From a virus (lineage: Duplodnaviria > Caudoviricetes): a DNA stretch of 25,107 bases. How positions within the stretch are numbered: the stretch's first letter is position 1; every line of letters starts with the position of its first letter. Of the stretch, positions 1-6,552 are shown piece after piece. Below the pieces are notes generated by a model. It worked only from the letters and a program-made list of their open reading frames with translations, was not told the origin of the DNA and did no database searches. A program made the position numbers and the translations under genes. The stretch is from the IMG/VR virus record IMGVR_UViG_3300046779_001894, positions 1 through 25,107 of that record; one strand, 5' to 3'.

Positions 1-81
1 AGTTTCAACGGTGGTTTCAATACCTGCACCCCAAACAGTTTGGAAACTGATGGCACGGTTTTCAAAAAGATTTCCAAGCAT
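1..81 (-). CDS. portal protein, N-terminus (partial, runs off window)
   Basis: ATG at 81 overlaps the upstream TAA (TAATG); reads MLGNLFENRAISFQTVWGAG...; sits downstream of terL. Only 27 codons are visible. Confidence 0.6.
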   Translation of the reverse strand, partial: MLGNLFENRAISFQTVWGAGIETTVET

Positions 82-221
82 TACTTACGACCTCGCTCAA
101 TAGCCAGTCCAAAAAGCACAGCACCAATGCCTGCCATAATCACACCAGCAGGGGCAAAGATAAGCCCAATGCCAAGTGATACCAAAGTGATACCAGTCAC
201 CTGCAAAATTGTCGCAACCAC
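81..221 (-). CDS. small membrane protein (46 aa) between terL and portal
   Basis: Hand-translated MVATILQVTGITLVSLGIGLIFAPAGVIMAGIGAVLFGLAIERGRK; two hydrophobic stretches; stop coupled to the portal start. Confidence 0.75.
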   Translation of the reverse strand: MVATILQVTGITLVSLGIGLIFAPAGVIMAGIGAVLFGLAIERGRK

Positions 222-229
222 AAAGCCAC

Positions 230-1750
230 CTAAATAAAGAACTGAGGCACTACTGCCTTTTCTATTCTACCGCTTGCTCTATCGTATGCGAGAACAGCAG
301 CAACAGCAGCGTCAATACGGCGACTACTTGCACGGTTCTCTTTCACGATACGAACACCCAAATTGTCTTTCTTCACAACAGCGTTAGACAAGTGACGAGC
401 CAGCAAAGGGTCGCCATCGTGAATGACACGCTTCTCAACAACCGCATCATAAAACTTGGCACAAGCCGTCACCATGCGCCGAGCCGAAGTGCTAGGCCAC
501 TCCACAATCGGAATACCCTTATCAGCCATCACTTCCATAGACCTCTGCCAACGGAACGGGTCACAAGCAACCTCACGCACCTTGTAACGGCGACAGAAAT
601 CACCAATCGCATCCTCAGCATCCTGAATGTTCACACGCCAACTGTCATCAGCATCAGCAGGCTTTTCCCAAGCCTTTACCAAACTAATGTGAGGCAACTC
701 ATCCTCATTCGCAGGGATAGAGCAAGCCACAATCACCGTAGAGTCACCGCTGAACGAGCCGTCAAAGCCAAGAATGTATTGGGCATCAGGGTCAAGTTCG
801 GTTTCCCCCACACAAGCATCCCAAGTTCCATTAGGCAACCAAGACAACTGAGAAGAAACCCATTGATTCAAGCGTTTAGTGCGGAACTCAGCCTCTGGGG
901 TTCGCTTTACAGCCGACTCAAAGTCAGCAGCAGACACAATGTCATCAAAGCCGGGATTAGCAACAGACCAACTGTTCGGGTCACGATGGTCAGCATCCTG
1001 TGGGGCTTCCCACCACGCCATGAAGAAAGCAGGGTCAATAATTTCGCCACTAGCCACCTGTTTCCCATACTGATACAACTTGTAAGCAATCGAGTCCTCG
1101 CCCGTGCTATCCGACTTCACACCAGCCGTGGTGATAGCCACCAACTGCCCAATCTTGCCACGGTTACCCATAGCCAAAGAAAACACATCATACAAATCAC
1201 GGTTCTTGTGAGCGTGCAACTCATCCATAATCACACGGCTAGGGTTCAAACCCTCTTTCGAGTAAGCCTCAGCCGAAACAACCTTAAAAACGCTATTAGT
1301 GCTAGGCACAAAAATAGAGTCCTTGTAAATCTGGCACAACTCAGCCAACTCGCTTGACTCAACCATGCGCTTCGCTTCACCGAACACGATACGAGCCTGT
1401 TCTTTTTCAGCAGCCACAGCGATAACCTCGCCACCATTGATGCCCTCAGCAATCAACGAGTAAAGACCAATAGCCGCAGATGACAAGGCGCTTTTGCCGT
1501 TCTTCCGGGGCATACCCACCAAAGCCGTCTGAAAAGCCAAACCACCATCAGCATCACGAGCATACAAACGCTTCAACAACTCAACCTGCCAAGACCTCAA
1601 CCGCAAAGCCTCACCAGCCCGACCAGCAATACCATCCTTACCAATCGAACCAAAAGTTTCAGCAAACTCAGCAGCAAACTCCCCATCACCCTGAGCAATC
1701 TGCTCATCCGAAACAGGAGTCAAATAAGCAGGCGGCCAACTATCCGTCAT
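230..1750 (-). CDS. terL: terminase large subunit
   Basis: 506 aa; Walker A GMPRKNGKS, Walker B VIMDELH, ITTAG coupling motif, nuclease motifs LGFDGS and RIDAAVA. Confidence 0.97.
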   Translation of the reverse strand: MTDSWPPAYLTPVSDEQIAQGDGEFAAEFAETFGSIGKDGIAGRAGEALRLRSWQVELLKRLYARDADGGLAFQTALVGMPRKNGKSALSSAAIGLYSLIAEGINGGEVIAVAAEKEQARIVFGEAKRMVESSELAELCQIYKDSIFVPSTNSVFKVVSAEAYSKEGLNPSRVIMDELHAHKNRDLYDVFSLAMGNRGKIGQLVAITTAGVKSDSTGEDSIAYKLYQYGKQVASGEIIDPAFFMAWWEAPQDADHRDPNSWSVANPGFDDIVSAADFESAVKRTPEAEFRTKRLNQWVSSQLSWLPNGTWDACVGETELDPDAQYILGFDGSFSGDSTVIVACSIPANEDELPHISLVKAWEKPADADDSWRVNIQDAEDAIGDFCRRYKVREVACDPFRWQRSMEVMADKGIPIVEWPSTSARRMVTACAKFYDAVVEKRVIHDGDPLLARHLSNAVVKKDNLGVRIVKENRASSRRIDAAVAAVLAYDRASGRIEKAVVPQFFI

Positions 1751-1751
1751 G

Positions 1752-1883
1752 CTATTTCCCTAATTTGCGGATAGCGCCACATTGACAAGTAATTTCATTG
1801 TATTTTGCATTAAAAGCAAAAATTTTATGGCTACATGATTCAAAACTGATTTTTTCATTTTTCAATTGTTTCTCAGTTTTCAT
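1752..1883 (-). CDS. hypothetical 43 aa protein (C-x-H...C-x-C)
   Basis: ATG at 1883 overlaps the terS 3' end; ORF fills the terS-terL gap; AT-rich. Confidence 0.5.
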   Translation of the reverse strand: MKTEKQLKNEKISFESCSHKIFAFNAKYNEITCQCGAIRKLGK

Positions 1884-2322
1884 TAGATTTCTGGGCTTTC
1901 TTAGCCAACAATTCTTCCAACTTGCTCTTAGTCTTAGCCGACACCAAACCCAAACGAGTGCGGTCAGCAGGCGTAAACCCAAGCAACGACAAATTCTTCA
2001 CAATCATCGTTTCCGTATCATTCAACTGCTTCACCATGTGCCACTCATCAGGATGCTCAACAATGTGCTGCCTCAACCACTCACGGCGGTCAAGTTGCTC
2101 ACAAACCATCTGCACCAACTGAGTATCAGTCTTAATCGAAATCCACAACTCACCAGCACCAAACACCGTATCCCACAACTGACGACCAACCTCACCCAAA
2201 GGTCGCAACGGCTCAACATAGCCATACTCCAACGGCGCAATCGCATCATTCGTGCGAATCTTATGCTGACCGGGGTTGCCCTGCAAGATTTTCAACTCAG
2301 CAGGCTTCGTGTAATTGACCAT
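1873..2322 (-). CDS. terS: terminase small subunit (P27-like)
   Basis: N-terminal KPAELKILQGNPG and C-terminal LGFTPADRTRL motifs; lies upstream of terL. Confidence 0.92.
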   Translation of the reverse strand: MVNYTKPAELKILQGNPGQHKIRTNDAIAPLEYGYVEPLRPLGEVGRQLWDTVFGAGELWISIKTDTQLVQMVCEQLDRREWLRQHIVEHPDEWHMVKQLNDTETMIVKNLSLLGFTPADRTRLGLVSAKTKSKLEELLAKKAQKSNEN

Positions 2323-2334
2323 AACCCCATCCTA
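2323..2334 (-). promoter_or_regulatory. -10 element for a leaderless terS transcript
   Basis: TAGGAT-N6-ATG with no clear Shine-Dalgarno. Confidence 0.5.
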
Positions 2335-2344
2335 CCCCGAAAAG

Positions 2345-2425
2345 CCTGAAATTCCGACAGGTGTGAAAAACTCGGGGCGGGGTGTCCTTGGGGGCTTGTC
2401 CTGATGTTTGACCCTACTCCCCGTA
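2345..2425 (-). other. putative cos / genome-end region
   Basis: Non-coding GGGGAGTAGGGTCAAAC...ACCCCGCCCCGAGTTTTTCACAC...GGAATTTC just upstream of a P27-type terS, resembling cos regions of HNH/P27 phages; strand skew flips here. Confidence 0.55.
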
Positions 2426-2657
2426 GATGCCATAGGCCCTATGCGGTCATAGGCGGCGTTTTGGCGGGTTTTGTTTTGGGCTTAGTGTGCCATAGCGGTT
2501 TGTTTGTTTGTGCCGTTAGAGAGCCGTCTAGGGCTTGGGTTGTTTCGAGCGTTTAGGCGTGTTGGGCCTTGCTGGTTGCTGGCAGCGTGTCGGGTAAGGC
2601 GTGTTTGTTCTCTTGCCGATTGGTAATTCGTTAGGACACGAACGATTTATTTCGGGC

Positions 2658-2688
2658 AAAAAGAAAACCCCTGATTGCTCAGGGGCTT
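2658..2688 (-). terminator. rho-independent terminator
   Basis: AAGCCCCTGA-GCAA-TCAGGGGTTT hairpin followed by a U-rich tract. Confidence 0.85.
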
Positions 2689-2704
2689 GTCTTTGGTCTT
2701 GGGC

Positions 2705-2926
2705 CTATGCGTTGGCTTTGCCGTAGATGTGGCATTCGGTTTCGCAACCAGTCAAACGGACTTCATAGCCCATTGCGGTTAGTTCGGTTGCGATTTCTGC
2801 GGCGTTGTCTTGCGACACGATTACACGACCTGCTTCGGTTGTGATGAAGTAGCCGTATTTTCCATTCCACTTCTCGAAGCCGATTTTGTTTAGTTTGCGT
2901 GCGATTGCGCTAGCGGTGATGTTCAT
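2705..2926 (-). CDS. hypothetical protein (73 aa), monocistronic
   Basis: SD AGGGAG before ATG at 2926; has its own promoter and terminator. Confidence 0.8.
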   Translation of the reverse strand: MNITASAIARKLNKIGFEKWNGKYGYFITTEAGRVIVSQDNAAEIATELTAMGYEVRLTGCETECHIYGKANA

Positions 2927-2943
2927 TTTGTTGCTCCCTATCT

Positions 2944-3037
2944 GCCGCAACCCTTGCGGCCTATGCATCTAATTATGCCGAAAAGGGCCAGCGATTGCAA
3001 GCGTGTCGCAACATTTTTTGATAACGGATTGATAACA
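2944..3037 (-). promoter_or_regulatory. promoter module P1
   Basis: Direct-repeat box at 3021-3037, TTGCAA-N17-CATAAT, then hairpin GCCGCAA-GGG-TTGCGGC before the SD. Confidence 0.75.
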
Positions 3038-3186
3038 GAAATGCGCCTGATTTGCCCTGTTTTGCCCTGTTTTTTGATTTCGGCATAGGTCTAAAACGCC
3101 TTGTGCGGCCCGTAGGCGGCCTGACCCTTGTTTATGGACTCTCACCCCGAGAGCCTGCTGAAAGGCCGTTAGAGAGCAATCTGGGG

Positions 3187-3202
3187 TCGAACACTTGTTC
3201 GA
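3187..3202. promoter_or_regulatory. LexA (SOS) box, actinobacterial type
   Basis: TCGAAC-ACTT-GTTCGA is a perfect match to TCGAAC-N4-GTTCGA. Confidence 0.75.
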
Positions 3203-3231
3203 ATGTTGTAAAGAAGCAGCCCTGCACACTT

Positions 3232-3247
3232 ACGAAATTTTGTTCGA
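3232..3247. promoter_or_regulatory. second, imperfect LexA box
   Basis: ACGAAA-TTTT-GTTCGA; two mismatches to the consensus. Confidence 0.5.
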
Positions 3248-3260
3248 AAAACGGCCGCTC

Positions 3261-3276
3261 AATCCGGATCCGGATT
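3261..3276. repeat. perfect 16 bp palindrome
   Basis: AATCCGGATCCGGATT. Confidence 0.9.
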
Positions 3277-3292
3277 ACACCCAAGCAACAGG

Positions 3293-3331
3293 CAACAGAA
3301 AACCCCTGCCGATTTGACAGGGGTTCTGTTT
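3293..3331 (-). terminator. rho-independent terminator
   Basis: AACCCCTGTC-AAAT-CGGCAGGGGTT hairpin followed by TTCTGTT, after the 50 aa ORF. Confidence 0.75.
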
Positions 3332-3360
3332 TGCCCAAGAGATAGGGGGCAAGGGCAAAT

Positions 3361-3513
3361 CTATTTGAGCGCAAACCTGACCGCTGCGACCAAGCCGCCA
3401 GCAATCAAGAGCGGCGCAAAAATGTCGGGATAGAAACCGCCAACGATTTCAGCGAGAGCAATCAGCGAGAGCAAGGCCAGACCTACGGCGGCGGCAATCA
3501 ATAGCGGCTTCAT
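3361..3513 (-). CDS. small two-TM membrane protein (50 aa)
   Basis: Hand-translated MKPLLIAAAVGLALLSLIALAEIVGGFYPDIFAPLLIAGGLVAAVRFALK; TAATG coupling to the upstream gene. Confidence 0.75.
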   Translation of the reverse strand: MKPLLIAAAVGLALLSLIALAEIVGGFYPDIFAPLLIAGGLVAAVRFALK

Positions 3514-4073
3514 TATGCGACCTGCTCGAAACGCTCGGCGGCTACAATTTCCCTGCGGGTAATCAGGGCGTTAATCTCAATCTCAATTGCGTTGGCACGG
3601 GCGTTCGCTTCGGCATAACTAATTGCGTTCTTGCGCCATAGACCATAGGCCTTGCCCTGTCGAATTTTTGCGCCCTTAATTTGCTTGTCAATCTCGGCAA
3701 GACGGGCGTTATAGGCGGTGCGCCACTCTCGCAAAGGTGCTTCGGCGATTTCTTGCTGTTGGCGATTGTAAGCCCATAGTTTGATTTGGTAGTCGTTTGC
3801 CACTAGGTCAATTCCAATTGCCAAAAAGTCTGCAAAGTGCGACCCGATTTCTAGGGCTTGGGCGATTTGCTCGGCACGCTCTGTCAGGCGAGCGGTATTA
3901 GTTTCTACTCGCTCGGTGAAATCGGTTTCCGTGCGTGGTGCGCCGAAATAAGTGTCGAGCGAAATTGACCAACCTGTTTTGTTGAGTGCGATTTCGTAAG
4001 CCTGTTTTGTTGCCAAATACGCTTCGACAATCGGGGTGAGTTCTGGCTCGGTAAGTAGTTCTGTTTCGTTCAT
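3513..4073 (-). CDS. hypothetical helical/coiled-coil protein (186 aa)
   Basis: SD AGGGA; first gene after promoter P2; rich in Ala, Glu and Arg. Confidence 0.85.
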   Translation of the reverse strand: MNETELLTEPELTPIVEAYLATKQAYEIALNKTGWSISLDTYFGAPRTETDFTERVETNTARLTERAEQIAQALEIGSHFADFLAIGIDLVANDYQIKLWAYNRQQQEIAEAPLREWRTAYNARLAEIDKQIKGAKIRQGKAYGLWRKNAISYAEANARANAIEIEINALITRREIVAAERFEQVA

Positions 4074-4085
4074 TTTTCCCTATCC

Positions 4086-4179
4086 GTTGCGACTCTCGCA
4101 ACTTCACCCCTTTACTCTCTCATTTTGTTAGCCCCGTGTCAAGTATTCGGCAAACTTTTTTTATAACAAAACGATAACG
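4086..4179 (-). promoter_or_regulatory. promoter module P2
   Basis: Box at 4163-4179, TTGACA-N17-GAGAGT (TG-extended), hairpin GTTGCGA-GAG-TCGCAAC. Confidence 0.7.
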
Positions 4180-4180
4180 G

Positions 4181-4210
4181 AAAAGGCCGCCCACAATCGC
4201 AGACGGCCTT
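4181..4210 (-). terminator. putative terminator
   Basis: AAGGCCGTCTGC-GATT-GTGGGCGGCCTT hairpin with G-U pairs and a short U run. Confidence 0.6.
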
Positions 4211-4305
4211 ACCATTTTTTACGGGTCAATGTCAATAGTGAAAACCTAAAAAACTTTTGTGATTTTCTACAACACAAAAATCCGTCATTCGGGCTAAGGT
4301 TTGCC

Positions 4306-4551
4306 CTAGCGATTTATCGTGCCGCCTAGACTTTTGCTAATCACCAGAGCGACAAGAGCGACGGGCCAGAAAATCACCGCCAACACAATCACGGCAGCAT
4401 TTGACGGGGGCGGTTTAGGGCGACCATAAATCGGGTGTCTGGCAGTCTGGCGGCTAATGGGCCTAACCAGATTTTGCCTCTTTATAGGGCTAACCAGATT
4501 TTCATTAACCAAATTTTGGCCCTTAATGTCGCCAACCGAATTTTCACTCAC
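4306..4551 (-). CDS. hypothetical protein with a C-terminal TM helix
   Basis: GTGA overlap with the upstream stop; N-terminal xNLV repeats are encoded by the DNA array; hydrophobic AAVIVLAVIFWPVALVALVI. Confidence 0.55.
   Translation of the reverse strand: MSENSVGDIKGQNLVNENLVSPIKRQNLVRPISRQTARHPIYGRPKPPPSNAAVIVLAVIFWPVALVALVISKSLGGTINR
4465..4544. repeat. AACCRRATTTT array 1 (4 copies)
   Basis: Copies at 4465, 4492, 4507 and 4534 (spacing 27, 15, 27). Confidence 0.9.
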
Positions 4552-4886
4552 GCTTGCCCATCGCACAATCTGGCATAACTGCCCTTAAATTCTTCATTAG
4601 CGATAGTTTCCATAAGGTCATTAAAAACCTTTTCGCTTTTCGTGAAATAGATGTGAGCAATCCAACCCGCTACCTCTTCGGTTGCTTTGTTTTGCGCTGC
4701 TGCCAACGGGTCAAAATTGTGCCAACCCTTTTTCTCAGGCTCTCCACACAAGCAAGGCTTAGGGCAATCCTCATAGGGGTTAGGCTTTCCCTCGTTATCC
4801 TCACAAGTGCAAAATCCAAACTCTGCCACTTGCTTTTCGTGAGTGAAATCTGCTAATTCACTCCAACTAAAACTTTTTTCAGTCAT
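4548..4886 (-). CDS. hypothetical Cys-rich protein (112 aa)
   Basis: SD AAGGA; CTC...CPKPCLC motifs. Confidence 0.8.
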   Translation of the reverse strand: MTEKSFSWSELADFTHEKQVAEFGFCTCEDNEGKPNPYEDCPKPCLCGEPEKKGWHNFDPLAAAQNKATEEVAGWIAHIYFTKSEKVFNDLMETIANEEFKGSYARLCDGQA

Positions 4887-4897
4887 TTTTTCCTTTT

Positions 4898-5251
4898 CTA
4901 TTTCTCGGCGATAGTGAGCGACAACAACCGCCCAGAACCTAATTGTGTTTCATTTGCTTTAACTTCATAAGAAAGGCGTTTAATGTTTATGTTTTCTTGT
5001 TCTTCGATTTCTCGCCTAATCTTTCGCTTAGCCGCACGAATAGCATTAGCCGCCACTCTCTCGGCTTCGCCCGTGTTGCCTAAACCCGGATAAGCAAAAT
5101 CAATTCGGCAATGCCAAATGCCAAAACCATTTGCCCAAGTTGTGAGCGTGTAATCTTTGGGCTTTTGGATTTCTTGCTCGCCCTCGCATAATTCACAAAA
5201 CGGGGTGCAGTCAAAACCGCCCTCGTGTTTTGGACATTCGATTTTGCTCAT
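4898..5251 (-). CDS. hypothetical protein with N-terminal Zn-finger-like motif (117 aa)
   Basis: CPKH...CTPFCELC; start coupled to the upstream stop. Confidence 0.8.
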   Translation of the reverse strand: MSKIECPKHEGGFDCTPFCELCEGEQEIQKPKDYTLTTWANGFGIWHCRIDFAYPGLGNTGEAERVAANAIRAAKRKIRREIEEQENINIKRLSYEVKANETQLGSGRLLSLTIAEK

Positions 5252-5418
5252 TAGTTAATTTCGCTAACTTCGAGCGAGCAATTTTTAGGAATGGTCAGGC
5301 CGAGTTCATCAAGAACGATTTCTTCGGCAATCTCAACCGCCTTGTCTTCGTTTTCGGCTGAAACACTCAACCCAATCGTGCAATAAGAAAACACAAAGTT
5401 AATTTGGTAATCGGTCAT
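5251..5418 (-). CDS. small acidic protein (55 aa), DpnD/PcfM-like motif
   Basis: Hand-translated MTDYQINFVFSYCTIGLSVSAENEDKAVEIAEEIVLDELG...; fills the operon gap exactly. Confidence 0.75.
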   Translation of the reverse strand: MTDYQINFVFSYCTIGLSVSAENEDKAVEIAEEIVLDELGLTIPKNCSLEVSEIN

Positions 5419-5421
5419 TTT

Positions 5422-5691
5422 TTAGTTGTTCCAATCTTCATCGGGAATGTTAAATTCATTTTTCATTCGCTTAATGATTGCGTTTAGACGGGCGATTTCG
5501 TCAATCGGGTCATCAATCAGCCCTTGTTCTTCTGTCCAAAACACGCCGCTAAATTGCTCGGTGTCGTTCGTGTCTTGCCACTCAACCGCAAAATGCCCCT
5601 GTGCAATTTCTAGGGCTTCTTCTTCGGTTGCTGCTTCGATAAATGTTTCCACCCAGAGAGTTTTCTGGGCTTGGATTTTGTGCAACGGCAT
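5422..5691 (-). CDS. acidic protein (89 aa), DpnD/PcfM-like motif
   Basis: IEAATEEEALEIA motif; tight operon spacing. Confidence 0.75.
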   Translation of the reverse strand: MPLHKIQAQKTLWVETFIEAATEEEALEIAQGHFAVEWQDTNDTEQFSGVFWTEEQGLIDDPIDEIARLNAIIKRMKNEFNIPDEDWNN

Positions 5692-5693
5692 TT

Positions 5694-5891
5694 TTATTCG
5701 CCAACTTTCTTTGTGTCAAGAATTTTCACGGCTTGGTCGTAAAAATCATCTTCATCTTCCAGCCACTCGCCTTTTTCGTCGTCGAATACCTGTTCGCTCT
5801 TGTCAAATCGAGCCATAAATGTTTCGTCATCAATGAAAGCGCTTTGGGCTTCCAAATCAACTGCAACAACAAAATAAACAATTTTTGCCAT
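5694..5891 (-). CDS. highly acidic hypothetical protein (65 aa)
   Basis: 19 D/E versus 7 K/R; SD AAGGGG. Confidence 0.8.
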   Translation of the reverse strand: MAKIVYFVVAVDLEAQSAFIDDETFMARFDKSEQVFDDEKGEWLEDEDDFYDQAVKILDTKKVGE

Positions 5892-5908
5892 TTTTCTTTT
5901 TCCCCTTT

Positions 5909-6289
5909 TTAGATTTCCTGATAGGTGCGGCGGTTTGCAATTTCATACGGGTCATCGATTAGGCCAAACTCTTTGAGGGTTTGCCCGATGTTGTAAGCCG
6001 CAAGAAAATAGCGGTCTGTGCCAACCCCAGAGCCTTTGAGTTCATCAAAAGCGCCAGAGAAAAGGGTTTCGTTCCAGCAAGAAGCCAGCCAATAATTGAG
6101 CGAGTCAATTTGTATTTTCTTGTCGAAACCCTGATAAGCCAAACTGACTTTATAGCGGTAAGACAGATTTGTTTTGCTGGTGTGAGTAATGCTGATAAGC
6201 AACTTGCCGCCGTCTTTTAGTTTTTTTGCGACAAGTTCAGCCGTGCTTTTGTTTAGTTCAGGCGTAAGTTCTGCCTTTATTGTTGCCAC
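5909..6289 (-). CDS. hypothetical phage protein (126 aa)
   Basis: GTG start after SD AAAGG; first gene after promoter P3. Confidence 0.8.
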   Translation of the reverse strand: MATIKAELTPELNKSTAELVAKKLKDGGKLLISITHTSKTNLSYRYKVSLAYQGFDKKIQIDSLNYWLASCWNETLFSGAFDELKGSGVGTDRYFLAAYNIGQTLKEFGLIDDPYEIANRRTYQEI

Positions 6290-6305
6290 TTTGCTACCTT
6301 TCTTC

Positions 6306-6396
6306 GTGCCGACTCTCGACACTCTCAAAAAGATAACACACAAAACACGGATTTATTACGCATTTTGCAAACATTTTTTATAACGAATTGATAACG
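6306..6396 (-). promoter_or_regulatory. promoter module P3
   Basis: Box at 6380-6396, extended -10 TGTTATCTT, hairpin GTGTCGA-GAG-TCGGCAC. Confidence 0.65.
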
Positions 6397-6464
6397 GAAA
6401 ACAAAAAACAATGAGCCAGACAATCGGCCTATGATAAAGTGCCAGAATTTGCCTATATGCGCCC

Positions 6465-6552
6465 AACCAAATTTTTCCTAAAAGGCACGAACCAAATTTT
6501 TGCTATAAAAGCGCCCAACCAAATTTTGTATATAAGGGTCGAACCAAATTTT
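6465..6552. repeat. AACCAAATTTT array 2 (4 copies)
   Basis: Copies at 6465, 6490, 6517 and 6542 (spacing 25, 27, 25); a degenerate fifth copy near 6441. Confidence 0.9.

Noticed and set aside
209-1357. Long plus-strand ORFs (also 8291-9070, 15724-16482, 22078-22866, 24168-24851)
   Set aside because: They are antisense shadows of well-supported minus-strand genes; the A/C-rich plus strand has few stops, and the products show no motifs.
2969-3404. ORFs 2969-3229, 3052-3345 and 3132-3404
   Set aside because: They cross a promoter, operator-like sites and a terminator and lack a clear SD; the region reads better as non-coding.
4256-4310. TTTTGTG-N11-CACAAAA and GGGC-TAAGGTTT-GCCC as Rex or IdeR boxes
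   Set aside because: Spacing and second half-sites do not match the known consensuses; they may be chance palindromes.
6465-6552. Mini-CRISPR interpretation of the AACCAAATTTT arrays
   Set aside because: The repeat is only 11 bp, the spacers are 4-16 bp and resemble each other, and there are no cas genes.
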